A stretch of 11,114 bases of DNA, taken from NCBI GenBank assembly GCA_022560555.1, contig JADFSZ010000043.1, positions 1 to 11,114 of the forward strand, read 5' to 3'. The first letter of the stretch is position 1, and each line of letters opens with the position of its first letter. The stretch comes from PVC group bacterium. GTDB lineage: Bacteria; GCA-001730085; JADFSZ01. The notes beneath the pieces were generated by a model. It ran no database searches, was not told the DNA's origin, and saw only the letters and a program-made list of their open reading frames with translations. This document shows, one piece after another, positions 7,682 through 11,114 of the stretch. The position numbers and the translations under genes are program-made.

Positions 7682-8315
7682 AAAAAATATTAAGTTGTGG
7701 TTGTTGCCACCGATGTATCCATCACAAGGGATTAAATGCGGTGGTTTTTTTATGTTGGTTTTAGTGTTCATGCTATTCTCCGGGGCCGCCGTTTTTGCGG
7801 ATGTGATCACCACAATCGATGGGAACCAAATACACGGCAAGGTTCTAGAAGAGCATGAGAAAGAGTATCTTATTCAGGTAGATTCGGGACGGATTACGAT
7901 CTCAAAAAACCAGATAGCCTCGATTGATAATGCTCCTTGGTCTCCTGCCTCAAACGTGCAAGCCCCTGAGGCTATAAAAACAGCCCGAGGACCTTCCCTC
8001 AAAGAAAAAATCATTATTGATGTATTGTTTTGGTTTTTAGGCTTTTTCCTATATGCCGCTCTTGTGTATCTCGTGTTTCGTATTGTAGACATCCAAAAAA
8101 AGATTTTTACGGCGCTGATATTTTCTCTAACTTCACTAATGTTTTTTTATGTCTCATCTTTTTTTGTTTTTTCCCAAATCTATTTTTCGTTTGCGAATAT
8201 TATGCTCATATACTTTTTTTATGACTTTGGGCCTGTTCGTTCGTTTTTATTCGGAATTTTTTTTACATGGGTTATCATGGTCTCATCTGTTATCTTTTTT
8301 ACGATACGATTGTAG
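7668..8315 (+). CDS. Hypothetical membrane protein: signal/anchor, small beta-rich soluble domain, then a Phe-rich multi-TM C-terminus
   Basis: This lies within ORF 7647..8315. The start is uncertain, with candidates at ATG 7668 (14-nt overlap with secG), ATG 7713 and ATG 7752 (MLVLVFMLFSGAAVFA|DV). None has a clear Shine-Dalgarno sequence. I recognise no family. Hydrophobic stretches such as IIIDVLFWFLGFFLYAALVYLVF, IFTALIFSLTSLMFFYVSSFFVF and FLFGIFFTWVIMVSSVIFF indicate 3-4 TM helices. Confidence 0.55.
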   Translation: MKIYRKNIKLWLLPPMYPSQGIKCGGFFMLVLVFMLFSGAAVFADVITTIDGNQIHGKVLEEHEKEYLIQVDSGRITISKNQIASIDNAPWSPASNVQAPEAIKTARGPSLKEKIIIDVLFWFLGFFLYAALVYLVFRIVDIQKKIFTALIFSLTSLMFFYVSSFFVFSQIYFSFANIMLIYFFYDFGPVRSFLFGIFFTWVIMVSSVIFFTIRL

Positions 8316-8324
8316 GATTTTCAT

Positions 8325-10124
8325 ATGACAGAATTTGCCTTTGGCTCAAAAATGAGAAAATGGATCTTTTTTTTGTTTGTCCTTATCGTTTGCTCTGGAT
8401 GCGCCAAAAAAACTATAACAGAGGAGAAAAGGGTTCGTCCAAGTTCGAAACATGGCGGAATAGTTGTTTTTTCCACAAGCTCCGATCCAAGATCTTTTAA
8501 CGCGATCGTCTCCAATGAAAGCTCAACAAGCGAAGCCATCTCATATATCTTTGATGGAATGACGAGAACCAACGGGGTTACCGGGGATGTCGAGCCTTCT
8601 TTGGCCGAACGTTGGGAGTATTCCGAGGACGGGCTCGTGTGGACGTTTTATTTAAGAAACGATGTGGTCTGGTTTGACGGTGTCCCCTTTACGGCAGATG
8701 ATGTTGTGTTCACGTTCAATGACCTCATATATAACCCATCCATTCCGTCTAGCATGCGGGATCTTTTAACGATTGACGGACAAAAGTTCGAGATTCGAAA
8801 AATGGATATGTACACGGTTGAAGTCCGCACTCCCGTTCCCTACGCTCCCTTGTTGAGACATATTGGGGTAGGGATCTTGCCCCGACACCGGCTGATCGAA
8901 AGTGTGGAAGGCGGAACATTTCCCGTCACATGGGGTGTTGACACGCCCCCGGAAGAGATTATCGGCACGGGTCCCTATCGTTTGGCGGAGTATGTTCCGG
9001 CCCAAAAATTGGTTTACAAGAGAAACGAGAATTATTGGAGAAAAGATAGAGACGGATTTCGCCTTCCGTATATCGACCAAATTGTCACGATTATCGTTCC
9101 GGATGACAATGTGCAGATCGCAAAGTTTCAGGCGCGAGAAGTGGATTCTTTACGTGTTCGCCCCAAGGACTACGCGTATGTTAAATCAATCCAACAGAAG
9201 GGTAATTTTACCATTTATGATCTTGGCCCGGCTTTTGGATCCACGTTTATTATGTTTAATCAGGATCAAACCGTCATTGATCCTGTGATGCTTGCATGGT
9301 TTCGCGATAGAAATTTTCGGAAAGCCGTCGCCTACGCAATTGATAGAGAAACGATTATTAATAATGTGTATTCTGGATTGGGTGTGGCTCAGGTTTCTCC
9401 CGTCAGCAAAGCAGATCCGATTTTTCATAATGCCGATGTTCGATCATACGCATATGATCCCGAAAAGGCGAAGAACCTATTGAAAGAAAGCGGATATGTG
9501 GATTCGAATCAGGACGGTTTTTTGGAAAAACCCGAGGGACATCCCGTTAAATTTATGCTCATTACAAATTCGAATAATAGTGAACGGAAGGATATGGCTC
9601 TTATCGTAACGGAAAATTTGAGAGCGATAGGGATGGATGTGACCTATCGCACGTTGGACTTTAATAATCTTGTTCAAAAACTCGATGGAACCGGAGAATG
9701 GGAATCCATGATTTTGGGTTTGGGTGGGGGGAATCTTGAACCCCATGGAGGGAAAAACGTGTGGGATCCGTCGGGACGCCTTCACATGTGGAATCGTAAA
9801 CTGAGCAAGGATCAATATTCAAAAAAGGAACGAGAACAATCGTATGACGCGTATGTCCAATCATGGGAAGATCATTTGCCGGATTGGGAATGGCGTATTT
9901 TAGAGCTATTTAATCAAGGTGTCCAGGAACTGGTCGAAGAAAAGAGAAAAGTTTATTATTACGAATGGCAGGACATTGTAGCCGAAGAACTTCCTCTCAT
10001 CTATCTTGTAACTCCAAAAAACTATATGGCGGTCCGGAATAAATTCATTGGCTTAAAACCTTCAAGTTTCGCGGGAGTTTTTCATAACTTTGACGAGCTT
10101 TATCTCAAAGACGAGTATCGCTGA
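8325..10124 (+). CDS. ABC transporter substrate-binding protein, family 5 (peptide/nickel, OppA/DppA-like), probable lipoprotein
   Basis: The 599-aa ORF has an N-terminus FFLFVLIVCSGCAKK, a signal peptide with a Cys-containing lipobox-like end. Its size and motifs (RTNGVTGDVEPSLAERWE, TFYLRNDVVWFDG, GTGPYRLAEY, RKAVAYAIDRE) fit SBP family 5. AGGA lies 7 nt before ATG 8325, and ATG 8352 is an alternative start. Confidence 0.85.
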   Translation: MTEFAFGSKMRKWIFFLFVLIVCSGCAKKTITEEKRVRPSSKHGGIVVFSTSSDPRSFNAIVSNESSTSEAISYIFDGMTRTNGVTGDVEPSLAERWEYSEDGLVWTFYLRNDVVWFDGVPFTADDVVFTFNDLIYNPSIPSSMRDLLTIDGQKFEIRKMDMYTVEVRTPVPYAPLLRHIGVGILPRHRLIESVEGGTFPVTWGVDTPPEEIIGTGPYRLAEYVPAQKLVYKRNENYWRKDRDGFRLPYIDQIVTIIVPDDNVQIAKFQAREVDSLRVRPKDYAYVKSIQQKGNFTIYDLGPAFGSTFIMFNQDQTVIDPVMLAWFRDRNFRKAVAYAIDRETIINNVYSGLGVAQVSPVSKADPIFHNADVRSYAYDPEKAKNLLKESGYVDSNQDGFLEKPEGHPVKFMLITNSNNSERKDMALIVTENLRAIGMDVTYRTLDFNNLVQKLDGTGEWESMILGLGGGNLEPHGGKNVWDPSGRLHMWNRKLSKDQYSKKEREQSYDAYVQSWEDHLPDWEWRILELFNQGVQELVEEKRKVYYYEWQDIVAEELPLIYLVTPKNYMAVRNKFIGLKPSSFAGVFHNFDELYLKDEYR

Positions 10125-10143
10125 ACCCGAAATAGAATCTATT

Positions 10144-10353
10144 ATGAATCAGTCGTTTGGATTTCAAAAACCTGATCCCAGGCAGCATCAACCTCAAGCT
10201 CAATTCCGAAAATTTTCGGCAACAGAATTGTTTTGTCCTCAATGCCGCCGGGCTATGCCTGTTAGGGAAAAACTTTTATTGGTGCTTCCGTCGGGGGATG
10301 TGCATCACTATGTGTGTTCCGGGTGCGGAGCTACTTTAGGTAAAAAAACGTAA
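10144..10353 (+). CDS. Small hypothetical zinc-ribbon protein (CPQC-x23-CSGC)
   Basis: The 69-aa reading from ATG 10144 is MNQSFGFQKPDPRQHQPQAQFRKFSATELFCPQCRRAMPVREKLLLVLPSGDVHHYVCSGCGATLGKKT. The track's start at 10090 lies inside the SBP gene. No Shine-Dalgarno sequence is present. The coding call rests on ORF length and the paired CxxC knuckles only. Confidence 0.5.
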   Translation: MNQSFGFQKPDPRQHQPQAQFRKFSATELFCPQCRRAMPVREKLLLVLPSGDVHHYVCSGCGATLGKKT

Positions 10354-10384
10354 CCTGTCAAGAAATCGAATTCCAAATCCCTTT

Positions 10385-10413
10385 TTGATCTTCCGGAACA
10401 ATTCATGTATACT
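10385..10413 (+). promoter_or_regulatory. Putative sigma70 promoter of the Lrp/AsnC gene
   Basis: TTGATC (10385..10390), a 17-nt spacer, then TATACT (10408..10413). AGAGGTG lies 6 nt before ATG 10464. Confidence 0.45.
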
Positions 10414-10463
10414 CTAAAGATTCACAAACTTATCCTAAAGGAAATTCAATAAAGAGGTGTGTT

Positions 10464-10949
10464 ATGGACGAAATTTTAGAACTATTAGAACGGGACGCGC
10501 GTATAACACCGGAGGAGATTGCTTCAACTCTTAAGCTGAACGTGAAGGACGTTAAAAAAGCCATTCATAAATTCGAAAAAGACGGTGTCATCCTAAAATA
10601 CCGGGCTGTTCTCAATCAGGAATTAATGAGCCAAGGCACGTCAAGCGTTAAAGCGATTATTGAGGTGAAAATCGTTCCCGAACGAACGCAGGGGTTTGAC
10701 CGTATTGCGGAAAGAATTTATCAATTTGATGAAGTCAAAAGCTGCTATCTATTAAGCGGAACATATGATTTGCTTTTGGTCGTGGAAGGACCCAATATTC
10801 AAGTTGTGGCCAAATTTGTTTCGGAGAAACTCTCAACGATGAATAACGTAAAAGGTACCTTGACGCATTTTTTGCTAAAAAAGTATAAAGAAGACGGTGA
10901 TATTCTCCGAACGCCTAGAGCTGACAGGCGCCTGGCCGTGACACAGTAA
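10464..10949 (+). CDS. Lrp/AsnC family transcriptional regulator
   Basis: The 161-aa ORF has an N-terminal HTH (LDEILELLERDARITPEEIASTLKLNVKDVKKAIHKFEKDGVI) followed by a RAM/AsnC_trans_reg-like domain (AIIEVKI...VKSCYLLSGTYDLLLVVEG). Confidence 0.9.
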   Translation: MDEILELLERDARITPEEIASTLKLNVKDVKKAIHKFEKDGVILKYRAVLNQELMSQGTSSVKAIIEVKIVPERTQGFDRIAERIYQFDEVKSCYLLSGTYDLLLVVEGPNIQVVAKFVSEKLSTMNNVKGTLTHFLLKKYKEDGDILRTPRADRRLAVTQ

Positions 10950-11073
10950 TATGTCGCTCGCCTGGATTTCCGATGGTCAGGAGTTTCCGTATCTCTACGA
11001 TCTACGAAAACCTGACACGAGCTGCTTGGGTAGCCGATTCAGGATGAAGGCTTTGCCCCTCGAACGCCTAATG

Positions 11074-11098
11074 TTTAGAAGAGCCGAGCTCTTCTAAA
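11074..11098. other. Perfect 11-bp stem / 3-nt loop hairpin (TTTAGAAGAGC-CGA-GCTCTTCTAAA); function unassigned
   Basis: I checked the base pairing position by position, 11074-11098 through 11084-11088. There is no proper U-tract on either strand (plus strand AAAATTAT, minus strand AAACATT), so it is at best a poor intrinsic terminator. Confidence 0.5.
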
Positions 11099-11114
11099 AT
11101 TATGCACGAGCTTA

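Noticed and set aside
10951-11097. 48-codon ORF (MSLAWISDGQEFPYLYDLRKPDTSCLGSRF...) starting 2 nt after the lrp stop.
   Set aside because: It is short, has no Shine-Dalgarno sequence or recognisable motif, and coincides with several stable helices. I treat the region as non-coding, though this is not proven.
10951-11114. Assignment of the terminal structured region to SRP RNA, RNase P RNA, tmRNA, 6S RNA or a named riboswitch.
   Set aside because: A stretch (CTTGGGTAGCCGATTCAGGATGAAGG) loosely resembles part of the Bacillus-type SRP RNA Alu domain as I recall it. The position is incompatible, because the rest of that RNA would lie inside lrp. Hallmark motifs are also absent: GGAAGCAGC for SRP, GAGGAAAGTCC for RNase P, and GGGG...TTCGAC for tmRNA.

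Overview
Moderately AT-rich bacterial chromosomal DNA that reads as core housekeeping sequence, not an accessory island. On the minus strand of the left third, tRNA-Gln(CUG) is followed by a Fur-family (Zur-like) regulator, a TroA/ZnuA-type metal-binding protein and a ZnuC-like ABC ATPase that is cut by the window edge. These three genes are translationally coupled, and an aldo/keto reductase lies further right on the same strand. The plus strand carries a stand-alone CheY-like receiver, a near-consensus sigma70 promoter, gap-pgk, a structured spacer and tpiA-secG. It continues with a membrane protein, a family-5 solute-binding lipoprotein, a small zinc-ribbon protein and an Lrp/AsnC regulator. 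It ends in about 150 nt of GC-enriched, hairpin-rich sequence with no convincing ORF. I found no CRISPR array, transposase or integrase, toxin-antitoxin pair or recognisable defence gene. I cannot support a claim of a novel multi-gene system here. Four oddities are the most checkable. (1) The Fur-family gene has its second CxxC zinc motif one frame off, and that frame ends in an ATGA overlap with the next gene. (2) A perfect 6-1-6 palindrome sits inside a promoter only 8 nt from that gene's ATG. (3) The pgk-tpiA spacer holds three 9-nt-period CACARAG units facing three inverted copies. (4) The structured segment after lrp is unassigned.
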